NCBI GenBank assembly: GCA_963766325.1
Contig: CAVXZF010000007.1
Location: forward strand, 1,191,794 to 1,255,793
Reading direction: 5' to 3'
Source: an uncultured Actinomycetota bacterium
Lineage (GTDB): Bacteria; Actinomycetota; Actinomycetes; Mycobacteriales; CADCTP01
Length of the DNA stretch: 64,000 nt
Position 1 is the stretch's first letter. Each line of letters begins with the position of its first letter. Below are positions 28,276 to 37,050 of the stretch, one piece after another. The translations under genes were made by a program, and so were the position numbers. The notes beneath the pieces are model-generated. The model was not told the origin of the DNA. It saw only the letters and a list, made by a program, of their open reading frames with translations, and did no database searches.

Positions 28276-29529
28276 ATGCGCGGGTTGGCTGAGCGGTGGC
28301 GGCGGCGCGGGCTCCGCCCGCCGATGCCCGCCGGCCGCCAGACCCTCCCGCTCGCGCTCGCCGGCATCGCGGTGATCGCCGCCGCCTCGACGACCGCGTC
28401 CGCGGCCCGGGTGACCACGCCGGCCGAGGCCGCGCCGCTCCCGGTCACGATGGACCACGCCCAGCAGCCGGTCTCGCCGCCGTTCCTGCCGCCAGCCGGG
28501 CCGACCACCGGGCCCGCCCTGCCCGGCACACCGGCCGGCGGGACGCCGGGCGGAGGGGGCGCCGGCGGGGAGAGCGCCAGCGAGTTCGCGGCCAACGGGA
28601 TCCCGGTCGTCGCCCTCGAGGCCTACCAGGCGGCGGCCCGCAGGATGTCCGAGGAGGACGCCGGCTGCGGGGTGCCGTGGTCGCTGCTCGCCGCCATCGG
28701 GCGGGTCGAGTCCAACCACGGGCGGTTCGCCGGCGCGACGCTGCTGCAGGACGGGCGGTCCGACCCGCCGATCGTCGGCATCCCGCTGGACGGGCGGCCC
28801 GGCGTCGCCCGGATCGGCGACACCGACGGCGGGCGCCACGACGGCGACACGACGTTCGACCGGGCCGTCGGGCCGATGCAGTTCATCCCGGGCACCTGGG
28901 CGCTGTTCGCGGTGGACGGCGACGGGGACGGCAAGGCCGACCCCTTCGACATCGACGACGTCGCCCTGGCGGCGGCCCGCTACCTCTGCCAGGCCGGCGG
29001 GGACCTGCGGACGGACGCCGGCCTCCGGGACGCGGTCTACAGCTACAACCGCTCCGACGACTACGTGCGGCTCGTGCTTGCCCTCGCCGCGGAGTATGCG
29101 CGGGGCGCCCGGGTCGACACCCTGCCGGCGCCGGACCGCGACCCCCGGCCGCTGCCGCCGGCCAAGAAGCCGACGCTGCCGCCGGCCACGGTGGGCCGGC
29201 CGCCGGCCGCCACCCCGACACCCACACCGACGCCGACCCCGAGGCCGACGACACCGCGGCCGACCACGCCGGCCCCGACGACGCCGGGCACGACGCCGCC
29301 GACCAGCCCGCCGACGTCCCCGCCCACTCCGTCACCGACCTGCACACCGGTGCCGACGCCGACGCCGACGCCGACCGAGACGCCGACCGGCACCCCCACG
29401 GGCACGCCGACCGCGACGCCCACCAGCCCGACGCCGACGGAGACGGAGACGCCGAGCGCGTCGCCGACCGGCACGCCGACACCGACCCCGTCCGGGTCGC
29501 CGACGCTGCCGCCCTGCCCAACCCCCTGA
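28276..29529 (+). CDS. Secreted lytic murein transglycosylase (SLT_2/MltB-like) with a Thr/Pro-rich C-terminal tail
   Basis: Signal/TM segment [15 protein letters not shown]. Catalytic region [17 protein letters not shown]...[10 protein letters not shown]. About 120 aa of (T/S)P repeats at the C-terminus. Confidence 0.85.
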   Translation: MRGLAERWRRRGLRPPMPAGRQTLPLALAGIAVIAAASTTASAARVTTPAEAAPLPVTMDHAQQPVSPPFLPPAGPTTGPALPGTPAGGTPGGGGAGGESASEFAANGIPVVALEAYQAAARRMSEEDAGCGVPWSLLAAIGRVESNHGRFAGATLLQDGRSDPPIVGIPLDGRPGVARIGDTDGGRHDGDTTFDRAVGPMQFIPGTWALFAVDGDGDGKADPFDIDDVALAAARYLCQAGGDLRTDAGLRDAVYSYNRSDDYVRLVLALAAEYARGARVDTLPAPDRDPRPLPPAKKPTLPPATVGRPPAATPTPTPTPTPRPTTPRPTTPAPTTPGTTPPTSPPTSPPTPSPTCTPVPTPTPTPTETPTGTPTGTPTATPTSPTPTETETPSASPTGTPTPTPSGSPTLPPCPTP

Positions 29530-29580
29530 CCGCAGCCAGCCGCGCCACAGAGCCCTGCGGGATCCCCGCCCGACCCGGCT

Positions 29581-29658
29581 GATCACGTTTGCTCGCCGGG
29601 TCCGCGACACGCCGGCCCCGACACGCCGAGCCCGTCAGGGCCGGCGAGCAAGGTGATC
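29581..29658. terminator. Long imperfect hairpin between the convergent transglycosylase and hemB genes
   Basis: GATCACGTTTGCTCGCCGG (29581-29599) pairs with CCGGCGAGCAAGGTGATC (29641-29658). An 11-bp perfect core, TTGCTCGCCGG/CCGGCGAGCAA. The loop contains CGACACGCC twice. Confidence 0.5.
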
Positions 29659-29665
29659 GGCAGGA

Positions 29666-31324
29666 TCAGTCCAGGCGGTGGGCGGCTTCGGTGGCCCAGT
29701 AGGTGAGGATGAGGTCGGCGCCGGCCCGCTTGATGGCGGTCAGCGTCTCGGCGATGATCCGGTCGCGGTCGATCCAGCCGCGCGCGGCGGCCGCCTCGAC
29801 CATCGCGTACTCGCCGGACACCTGATACGCGGCCACCGGCAGGTCCACCGCCGCACGCACAGCGGCGACGACATCCAGGTACGCCAGCGCTGGCTTGACC
29901 ATGACCGCGTCCGCGCCCTCGGCCACGTCCAGCGCCACCTCGCGCAGGGCGTCGCCGGCCGAGCGGGCCGGGTCCTGCTGGTACGCCGAGCGGTCGCCGA
30001 ACTGCGGCGCGCACTCGGCCGCGTCCCGGAACGGGCCGTAGAACGCCGACGCGTACTTGGCGGAGTAGGCCAGGATCGAGACGTCACCGTAGCCGGCGCC
30101 GTCCAGCGCGGAGCGGATCGCGCCGACCTGGCCGTCCATCATCCCGCTGGGCGCGACCACCTGGGCCCCGGCCGATGCCTGCGCGACCGCGATGGATGCG
30201 TACCGCTCCAGGGTGGCGTCGTTGTCGACCGCACCGTCCGGGGTCAGCAGCCCGCAGTGGCCGTGGTCGGTGTACTCGTCCAGGCACAGGTCGGTGATCA
30301 GCACGGTGCTGTCGCCGACCTCGTCGGCCAGCCGGCGCAGCGCGACCTGGACGATGCCGTCCGGGTCGTCGGCCGCGGAGCCGGCGCCGTCCTTGACGGC
30401 GGGCACGCCGAAGAGGACCAGGCCGCCGACACCGGCGTCCACCGCCTCGTACGCGGCCTTGGCCAGCGACTCGACGGTGTGCTGGACGACCCCGGGCATC
30501 GACGCCACCGGCGCCGGCTCGGAGATCCCCTCCTTGACGAACAGCGGCAGGATCAGGTCCGACGGGTGCAGGCGGACGTCGGAGACCAGCCGGCGCAGCG
30601 CCGCCGTGCGGCGCAGCCGCCGCGGGCGCACGACCGGGAAGGCCCCCGGACCGGATGGGGGCGTCGACCGGTGGGACGTCGCGGCCGCCGGCCGAGACGA
30701 GGAAGCCGCCGAGTGGGACGCGGCGGACGCCGAGCGGGCCGGGGGGACCGCCGCGTGGGACGTGGCGGTCGCCGAGGGGGACGAGGAAGCCGCCGAGTGG
30801 GACGTGGCGGTCGCCGGGCGGGACGGGAGCGTCGCCGGGCGCGGCCGCTCGGAGCGGTCCAGGCCGCTGACCGCCGGCCACCCCGCCTGCCGACCCCCCG
30901 ACGGCGCCGACTCCGACCGCGCCGACCCCGAGGCGCCAGCCGACCCCGAGGCGACAACCGACTCCGGCTCGCCGACCGGGCCCGGAGCGTCGGCCGGCCC
31001 GCCTGACGCCGAGCCCGATTGGACGGTCCACGACGGCTCCGCCGAACCCGGGCCAGCCCGCCCGGAGGAGGCCGAGCCCGATTGGACGGTCCACGACGGC
31101 TCCGCGGAACCCGGGTCACCAGCCTGCTTGGGAGAGGGCGCGCCCGAGCGGACGGTCCACGAGGAACCCGTGGCGTCGGCCGGCTCGTCGGCGGCCGGGC
31201 CGGAATGGACGGTCCACGACGGGCCGGACGGGCCAGCCGGGCCGGGGGGTGCGGTGAAGTGGGACGGAGCGGTCAGTCCGAACGGGTCGGTGGGGCCGAA
31301 CGCGCCGGCGTCGGATGCGCTCAC
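29666..31324 (-). CDS. hemB: Porphobilinogen synthase (ALA dehydratase) with an apparent ~220-aa repeat-rich N-terminal extension
   Basis: The core (from [11 protein letters not shown] to the end) has HemB motifs [16 protein letters not shown], and the active-site Lys contexts. The only ATG/GTG/TTG upstream of the FPxxRPRRLR motif in this open frame is the GTG at 31324, GTGA-coupled to the hemD stop. The alternative internal GTG at 30631 would cut into the conserved motif. Confidence 0.85.
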   Translation of the reverse strand: MSASDAGAFGPTDPFGLTAPSHFTAPPGPAGPSGPSWTVHSGPAADEPADATGSSWTVRSGAPSPKQAGDPGSAEPSWTVQSGSASSGRAGPGSAEPSWTVQSGSASGGPADAPGPVGEPESVVASGSAGASGSARSESAPSGGRQAGWPAVSGLDRSERPRPATLPSRPATATSHSAASSSPSATATSHAAVPPARSASAASHSAASSSRPAAATSHRSTPPSGPGAFPVVRPRRLRRTAALRRLVSDVRLHPSDLILPLFVKEGISEPAPVASMPGVVQHTVESLAKAAYEAVDAGVGGLVLFGVPAVKDGAGSAADDPDGIVQVALRRLADEVGDSTVLITDLCLDEYTDHGHCGLLTPDGAVDNDATLERYASIAVAQASAGAQVVAPSGMMDGQVGAIRSALDGAGYGDVSILAYSAKYASAFYGPFRDAAECAPQFGDRSAYQQDPARSAGDALREVALDVAEGADAVMVKPALAYLDVVAAVRAAVDLPVAAYQVSGEYAMVEAAAARGWIDRDRIIAETLTAIKRAGADLILTYWATEAAHRLD

Positions 31325-32856
31325 CGCTGCCGTCCGGTCGCCCGGCGGGTCTTCTTCGGCGGTGGGGTCGCGTCCCCGGACTCCCGTCGCGCGGCGGCGA
31401 ACGCGGCAAGCGCGTCGACCACCGCGTCGACCGCCGCCACCTCCGGCTCGACGTCGGAGCGCAGCCCGAACTCCCGCGCCGTCGCCGCCGTCTGCGGCCC
31501 GATGCAGGCGACCACGGTCCGGGCGTGCGGCTTGCCGGCGATGCCGACCAGGTTGCGTACGGTCGAGGACGAGGTGAAGCACACCGCGTCGAACCCGCCG
31601 GACTTGATCGCGTCGCGGATCTCGGCGGGCGGCGGCGCGGCGCGGACAGTCCGGTACGCCGTCACGTCGTCGATCTCCCAGCCGCGCTCGCGCAGCCCGG
31701 CGGCCAGCGTCTCGGTGGCGATGTCGGCCCGCGGCAGCAGCACCCGGTCGATCGGGTCGAGCACCTCGTCGTACGGCGGGAAGTCGACCAGCAGCCCCTC
31801 CGAGGACTGGTCGCCCGAGGGCACCAGCTCCGGCTGGATGCCGAAAGCGCGCACCGCGTCCGCGGTGGCCTCGCCCACGCAGGCGATCTTGACGCCGGCG
31901 AAGGCGCGCGCGTCCAGCCCGAACTCGTCGAACTTCTCCCGCACCGCCCGCACCGCGTTGGTCGAGGTGAAGACGATCCACTCGTACCGGCCGGTGACCA
32001 GGCCCTTGATCGCCCGCTCCATCTGGGCGGGGGTGCGCGGCGGCTCGACAGCAATGGTCGGCACCTCGACCGGAACCGCCCCGTACGCCCGCAGCCGCTC
32101 GCTCATCGCGCCCGCCTGCTCCTTGGTGCGGGGCACCAGGACGCGCCAGCCGTACAGCGGGCGGGACTCCCACCAGGACAGCCGGTCCCGCTCGGCGACC
32201 GCGCGGCCGACGGCGAGCACCAGCGGGCCGGACAGCCCGGCCGAGTCGCTCTCGACGGTGCCCAGCGTGCTGGTCACCGTCCGCTGCCCGGCGCCGGTGC
32301 CCTCCACGGTGACGCTGACCGGGGTGTCGCCCGGGCGGCCCTGCTCGAGCAGCGCGGCGGCGATCTTGCCCAGGTGCGCCTGGGTCGCGATCGCCACCAG
32401 CGTGCCGGGGGCGGCCGCGACGCCGGTCCAGTCGACCTCGTCGTGCGCGTCCACCACGGTGTGCGAGGACCCGACCGGCACGCCCGCGTACGCCGGCACG
32501 CCGGTCGCGACCGGCACCCCCGGCACCACGTCGAACGGCAGCCCGGCGGCGGCGACGCAGACCGCTTCGCGCACCACCGCGTCCGCGGACAGCGGGTCGC
32601 CGGCGACCAGCCGGACCACCGCGGACCCGGACCGGGCCTCGGTCACCAGCATCCCGGCGACGGTCTCGGGATCACCGATAGCCGGCCGGACCTCGACCCC
32701 GGCCAGCTCGGCCGCCCCGGCCGGCACGTCGGGATCGACGAGGACCAGCACCGCTGACCGGAGCGCCTCGGCGGCCCGGACCGTGAGCAGGCCCGGGTCG
32801 CCGGGACCAGCCCCGACGAAGGTGATGCGTCCGACGGTCTTGCGCGCGCGGCTCAT
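31321..32856 (-). CDS. hemD: Bifunctional uroporphyrinogen-III C-methyltransferase / uroporphyrinogen-III synthase
   Basis: N-terminal tetrapyrrole methylase ([18 protein letters not shown]) fused to a C-terminal HemD domain. 511 aa, as in other actinobacterial hem operons. Confidence 0.9.
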   Translation of the reverse strand: MSRARKTVGRITFVGAGPGDPGLLTVRAAEALRSAVLVLVDPDVPAGAAELAGVEVRPAIGDPETVAGMLVTEARSGSAVVRLVAGDPLSADAVVREAVCVAAAGLPFDVVPGVPVATGVPAYAGVPVGSSHTVVDAHDEVDWTGVAAAPGTLVAIATQAHLGKIAAALLEQGRPGDTPVSVTVEGTGAGQRTVTSTLGTVESDSAGLSGPLVLAVGRAVAERDRLSWWESRPLYGWRVLVPRTKEQAGAMSERLRAYGAVPVEVPTIAVEPPRTPAQMERAIKGLVTGRYEWIVFTSTNAVRAVREKFDEFGLDARAFAGVKIACVGEATADAVRAFGIQPELVPSGDQSSEGLLVDFPPYDEVLDPIDRVLLPRADIATETLAAGLRERGWEIDDVTAYRTVRAAPPPAEIRDAIKSGGFDAVCFTSSSTVRNLVGIAGKPHARTVVACIGPQTAATAREFGLRSDVEPEVAAVDAVVDALAAFAAARRESGDATPPPKKTRRATGRQR

Positions 32857-33776
32857 AGCCCGCTCCCCAATAGTGAGTCAGCACCGGCATCGATCAGGTC
32901 GGCGGCCAGCCGCCGCCCGATCGCCGCGGCTTCGGTAACCGGCCCGGTGGCCGACAGCCGGACGGCGTCGGAGCCGTCGGTTGCAGTCACCGAACCGCGG
33001 AGGAAGATCTCGGGACCGTCCTCGCCGAGGGCGACCTCGGCGAGGGCGCCGACCGGGGCGGTGCAACCCGCCTCCAGTGCGGCGAGGAGGCTCCGCTCCG
33101 CGGCGACCGCGGCGCGGGAGTCGGGGTGGTCGAGCGCGGCCAGCTGGGCCACCAGCTCGGTGTCGGCGGACCGGCACTCGACCGCGAGCGCGCCCTGGCC
33201 GGGGGCCGGCAGCATCTGCAGCGGGTCGAGCACCTCCGTCACCGCGGCCAGCCGGTCCAGGCGGGCCAGCCCGGCCCGGGCCAGCACGACGGCGTCCAGC
33301 TCGCCCCCGGTCACCTTGCCCAGCCGGGTGTCCACGTTGCCGCGGATCGGCACCACGTCGAGGCCGAGGCCGAGCGCGTGCAGCTGGGCGGCCCGCCTCG
33401 GCGAGCCGGTGCCGATCCGGGCGCCGGCCGGCAGCTCGCCGAGGGTGAGCCCGTCGCGGGCGACCAGCACGTCGCGCGGGTCCTCACGCGGCGGCACCAC
33501 CGCGACGACGAGGCCGTCGGCCGGCGCGGTCGGCAGGTCCTTGTACGAGTGGACCGCGACGTCGATCTCGCCGGCCAGCAGCGCGTCCCGCAGCGCCGAG
33601 ACGAAGACGCCGGTGCCGCCGATCTGAGTCAGCGCGGCCGAGGACCGGTCCCCGTGGGTGACGATCTCGACGGTGTCGACCTTGCGGTCCAGCTCGCCCA
33701 CGATCGCGGCGGTGACCAGCGCGGTCTGCGACCGGGCGAGCGCGCTCCCGCGCGTGCCCACCCTGAGGGGGGTCAT
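32853..33776 (-). CDS. hemC: Hydroxymethylbilane synthase (porphobilinogen deaminase)
   Basis: LRVGTRGSALARSQT, HSYKDLP, and the cofactor Cys in LEAGCTAPVGA. ATG at 33776 in an ATGA overlap with hemA. The 610-aa track ORF is over-extended. Confidence 0.93.
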   Translation of the reverse strand: MTPLRVGTRGSALARSQTALVTAAIVGELDRKVDTVEIVTHGDRSSAALTQIGGTGVFVSALRDALLAGEIDVAVHSYKDLPTAPADGLVVAVVPPREDPRDVLVARDGLTLGELPAGARIGTGSPRRAAQLHALGLGLDVVPIRGNVDTRLGKVTGGELDAVVLARAGLARLDRLAAVTEVLDPLQMLPAPGQGALAVECRSADTELVAQLAALDHPDSRAAVAAERSLLAALEAGCTAPVGALAEVALGEDGPEIFLRGSVTATDGSDAVRLSATGPVTEAAAIGRRLAADLIDAGADSLLGSGL

Positions 33777-35107
33777 GCCGACCCCCCTTCGGTGGGCAGT
33801 GAGACGGACGCGACGGCGGCGGTGGCGGCCGGGTCGAGGTCGAAGAGTTCCCGCAGCGCGTCGGCGTATGCATCCCCGCCCGGCCGCTCCGCCAGCTGCT
33901 TGACCCGCACGGTCGGCGCGTGCAGGAGCGTCTGCACCACCCGGTGCACGCTGCGCGCGACCTCGGCCCGGGTCACCTCGTCCAGGCCGGGCAGCCGGGC
34001 ATCCAGCCGGGTCAGCTCGGCGTCCACCACCTCGGCGGCCCGGGCCCGCAGCGCGGCCACCGTCGGGGTGACCGCGGTCGCCCGGCGGGCCCCGAGCTGG
34101 CCGGAGACCTCGTCGGCGACCAGCTGGCGGGCAAGCTCGACGCCCTCGTGGGCGCCGGCGCGGGCGGCCGGCTCCTGCAGCGCGGCGAGGTCGAGGTAGT
34201 GCACGCCCGGCAGCGCGGACGCCGCGCCCTCCATGTCCCGGGGCAGCGCCAGGTCGAGCAGCACCAGCGGGCGCCCGGCCCGGGCCGGCAGCGCGGCCTC
34301 GACCAGCGCCGCCGGCACCACGACGCCGACCGAGCCGGTGCAGCCGACCACGACGTCCGCACGGACCAGCTCGGCCGGCAGGTCGTCCAGCCCGGCGGCG
34401 CGGACCAGCGGGAAGCCGGCGCCGTCCCCGAGCTGGCCGGCCAGTCGGTGGGCCCGATCGGGTGTCCGGTTGACCACGGTCAGCTCGGCGACCCCGGCGC
34501 GCAGCAGGGTGGTCGCGGACAGCGCGCCCATCGAGCCGGCGCCGACCACCAGCGCCCGCCGTCCGGCCAGCGGGCCGAGCACGCGGGCCGCCTCCTGCAG
34601 CGCGACCGACACCACGGACGCGCCGGTCCGGTCGATGCCGGTCTCCGCCTGCACCCGCTTGCCCACCCGCAGCGCCTGCTGGCACAGCTCGTGCAGGCCG
34701 CGGTTGACCGCGTCCAGCTGGGCCGCGGTCGCGTACGCGGCGCGCAGCTGGCCGAGGATCTGCGACTCCCCGACCACCATCGAGTCCAGTCCGGAGGCGA
34801 CCGAGAACAGGTGCAGGACGGCCGCGTCCTCGTAGTGCACGTACAGGTGCTCGCCGAGGGACGGGACGTCGAGGCCGCAGCGGCGGGCCAGCACCGAGGA
34901 GGTGTCCTGCAGGCCGCCGTGGAAGCGGTCAACCTCCGCGTACACCTCCACCCGGTTGCAGGTGGACAGCACCAGCACCTCGGCGACGTGGTCGCCGCGG
35001 AGCAGCTCGTGCAGCACGCCCGGCAGCTCGTCAGCGCCGACGCTCGCGCGCTCCAGCAGCGAGACCGGGGCCGTCCGGTGCGACAGCCCGACCACCAGCA
35101 GGCTCAT
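33773..35107 (-). CDS. hemA: Glutamyl-tRNA reductase
   Basis: MSLLVVGLSHRTAP..., catalytic Cys in VLSTCNRVEVYA, NADPH site VVGAGSMG. The ATG at 35107 is immediately preceded by the repeat-borne GAGGAG. Confidence 0.93.
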   Translation of the reverse strand: MSLLVVGLSHRTAPVSLLERASVGADELPGVLHELLRGDHVAEVLVLSTCNRVEVYAEVDRFHGGLQDTSSVLARRCGLDVPSLGEHLYVHYEDAAVLHLFSVASGLDSMVVGESQILGQLRAAYATAAQLDAVNRGLHELCQQALRVGKRVQAETGIDRTGASVVSVALQEAARVLGPLAGRRALVVGAGSMGALSATTLLRAGVAELTVVNRTPDRAHRLAGQLGDGAGFPLVRAAGLDDLPAELVRADVVVGCTGSVGVVVPAALVEAALPARAGRPLVLLDLALPRDMEGAASALPGVHYLDLAALQEPAARAGAHEGVELARQLVADEVSGQLGARRATAVTPTVAALRARAAEVVDAELTRLDARLPGLDEVTRAEVARSVHRVVQTLLHAPTVRVKQLAERPGGDAYADALRELFDLDPAATAAVASVSLPTEGGSA

Positions 35108-35198
35108 GTCCGCTCCTCGGACAGGCCGGCAGACGGAAGGGTCGGCCCGCCGGCCCTCCTTGCCGCCCGCTCGCGCCGCGAGCACTCGCGCTCGCTCA
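35108..35198 (-). repeat. MIRU-like intercistronic repeat, copy C (91 nt), filling the rex-hemA spacer
   Basis: Starts with the rex TGA (35198-35196) and ends at the hemA ATG (35107). The head block matches copy A 41/47 and the tail block 17/17. The mini-ORF MSERECSRRERAARRAGGPTLPSAGLSEERT overlaps the rex stop (ATGA) and the hemA start (ATGA). Confidence 0.75.
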
Positions 35199-36023
35199 TC
35201 CGACGTCCTCCAGCGCGGTGACGCCGCCGGAGCCGACCACCGGGCGCAGCTTGCGCTGCTCGTGGAAGGACAGGATCTGCAGCTCGATGGCCAGGTCGAC
35301 CTTGCGTACGTCGACGCCGGCCGGCACGGCGAGCACGGTCGGCGCGAAGTTGAGGATGCTGGTGACCCCGCAGGCGACCAGCTGGTCGCAGACCTCCTGG
35401 GCGGCCTGCGCCGGGGTCGCGATGACGCCGATGGCGATCTCGAGCTCGCGGACCACCTCGGGCAGCTCGTCCACGTGCCGGACGGCCAGCCCCGCGATCC
35501 GCTCGCCGACCCGGCCGGGATCGGCGTCGAGCAGCGCGGCGACGTGGAAGCCGCGGGTGGCGAAGCCGCCGTAGCCGGCCAGCGCGTGGCCGAGGTTGCC
35601 GATGCCGATCAGCGCGACCGCGCGGTGCCGGGTCAGCCCGAGGGTGCCCTCGATCCGGTCGACCAACACGGTGACCTCGTAGCCGACGCCGCGCGTCCCG
35701 TACGACCCCAGGTGGGACAGGTCCTTGCGGAGGTTGGCCGAGTTGACCCCGGCGGCGGTGGCCAGCTCCTCCGAGGAGACCGTGACCACGCCCTGCTCGG
35801 CCAGCGCCGACAACACCCGGAGGTAGACCGCGAGCCGGGCGACGGTGGCATCCGGCACGGTGCGCTCGGAGCGCGCGGGGCGGGCCGGGGCCGGCGCCTC
35901 GGACCGACCGGGCAGGGTGGAACGGACCGCGCGACCCAGTGCCCCGGCCGCCGCCCGCGCCCGGCCGACCCGGGGCCCGTCGGCGCCGGTCTCGGCCGGT
36001 GTGGCGTCCTGCTGGTCGGTCAC
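35196..36023 (-). CDS. rex: Redox-sensing transcriptional repressor Rex
   Basis: Winged-helix RLAVYLRVLSAL..., SSEELA, and the Rossmann motif ALIGIGNLGHALAGY. It sits upstream of hemACDB as in Streptomyces, with a perfect ROP operator 95 nt upstream. The length of the N-terminal extension is uncertain. Confidence 0.9.
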   Translation of the reverse strand: MTDQQDATPAETGADGPRVGRARAAAGALGRAVRSTLPGRSEAPAPARPARSERTVPDATVARLAVYLRVLSALAEQGVVTVSSEELATAAGVNSANLRKDLSHLGSYGTRGVGYEVTVLVDRIEGTLGLTRHRAVALIGIGNLGHALAGYGGFATRGFHVAALLDADPGRVGERIAGLAVRHVDELPEVVRELEIAIGVIATPAQAAQEVCDQLVACGVTSILNFAPTVLAVPAGVDVRKVDLAIELQILSFHEQRKLRPVVGSGGVTALEDVG

Positions 36024-36117
36024 GCGGAAGCTCCTGGAAGGACGGCGCGACGGACCCGCTGGACGGCCCGCCGCCGCGCTGTGGTATCAGGCTGATGTAC
36101 AGAGACACCGTAACGAC

Positions 36118-36135
36118 TTGTGAATACCTTCACAA
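36118..36135. promoter_or_regulatory. Rex operator (ROP) TTGTGAATACCTTCACAA
   Basis: Perfect match to the TTGTGAA-N4-TTCACAA inverted repeat described for actinomycete Rex. Located in an unusually AT-rich patch upstream of rex. Confidence 0.85.
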
Positions 36136-36172
36136 AATCGCGATCGTCCGGCGACGGACCGTCGCCACCCGT

Positions 36173-36415
36173 TCAGGCCAGCGCGCGCCGGAGCCGGGCC
36201 TCCTCGATCCGCCAGTAACCGAGCTCCTTGCCGTCCACGAGGACGACCGGAACGAGGTCGCCGTACTCAGCGCGCAGGCCCGGGTCGCCGTCCACGTCGC
36301 GCTCCCGCCACGGCACGCCGGCCTCGCCGGTGACCCGCTCGACCAGCCGGCGGGCGTCGTCGCAGAGGTGGCAGCCGGTGCGGGTGAGCAGCTCGACCTG
36401 GCGCTGGGCGGGCAC
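36173..36415 (-). CDS. Glutaredoxin-like small thiol-disulfide protein
   Basis: 80 aa with VELLTRTGCHLCDDA (CxxC) and a thioredoxin-fold remainder. GTG at 36415. The track ORF to 36943 is over-extended. Confidence 0.8.
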   Translation of the reverse strand: MPAQRQVELLTRTGCHLCDDARRLVERVTGEAGVPWRERDVDGDPGLRAEYGDLVPVVLVDGKELGYWRIEEARLRRALA

Positions 36416-36497
36416 GGCGGGAGTGTACGGGCCGGCGGCCGGGTATCCGACCTGTCGCGGGGCAGTCCCTTCGGCACCCACCCTCGAGGAGCAGACG

Positions 36498-36680
36498 ATG
36501 ACCGCGGCCCAGCCGAACGACATGACCGAACTGGCCGGCACGTTCACCGACGAGAAGGCGGCGGAGGCCGCGCGCCGGGAGGCGGACCCGCAGCCGGAGT
36601 TCGTCGGCGACATGCCTGACGACCCGGCGGAGGCGCGGACGTACCGGCCCGGCGACGAGCAGCCCGGGACGGACCGGTGA
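36498..36680 (+). CDS. Small acidic hypothetical protein (60 aa)
   Basis: ATG at 36498 with GAGGAG 6 nt upstream. About 58/60 codons end in G/C. Confidence 0.6.
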   Translation: MTAAQPNDMTELAGTFTDEKAAEAARREADPQPEFVGDMPDDPAEARTYRPGDEQPGTDR

Positions 36681-36895
36681 GCGAGCCGCGGCCGGATCCC
36701 GGCAGCGAGGCGGCGGGCGAGCCCGAGTACGGCAACGACACCGGCTTCGCCTCCGCCGCGACCGACACCGGCTCGGACGACAAGGACTGGGCCGGCCCGA
36801 CCGCCACCGACACCTCGGGTGACGACAAGGACTGGGCCGGCCCGACCAGCACCGAGGACGCCGACGACGCCGACCCGGGCCGCGGCGCCGACTGA
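36677..36895 (+). CDS. Small acidic hypothetical protein (72 aa) with a duplicated G(S)DDKDWAGPT motif
   Basis: GTG at 36677 in a GTGA overlap with the previous ORF. High GC3. The stop TGA lies inside a GCCGACTGAGCAC repeat. Confidence 0.6.
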   Translation: MSEPRPDPGSEAAGEPEYGNDTGFASAATDTGSDDKDWAGPTATDTSGDDKDWAGPTSTEDADDADPGRGAD

Positions 36896-37050
36896 GCACA
36901 CCCGCCGCCGACTGAGCACACCCGCGGCCGACTGAGCAGCCACAGCTGCTCAGTCGGCCGCGAACTTCTCAGTCGGCGGAGGACCCCGTCGGCGGAGGAC
37001 CCGTCGGCGGGGACCCCGTCGGCGGCGGACTCAGTCGGCGGAGGACTCGC
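36887..37050. repeat. CCGACTGAGCA-family repeat cluster, a perfect 15-bp hairpin, and a 14-16-nt tandem array abutting the fadD stop
   Basis: GCCGACTGAGCA copies at 36887, 36907 and 36927 (20-nt period). Hairpin GGCCGACTGAGCAGC-CACA-GCTGCTCAGTCGGCC at 36926-36959. Five tandem units of TCC(T/G/C)C(C)GCCGAC(TGAG/GGGG) on the minus strand across 36971-37050. Both flanking genes end in ...GCCGACTGA. Confidence 0.78.
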
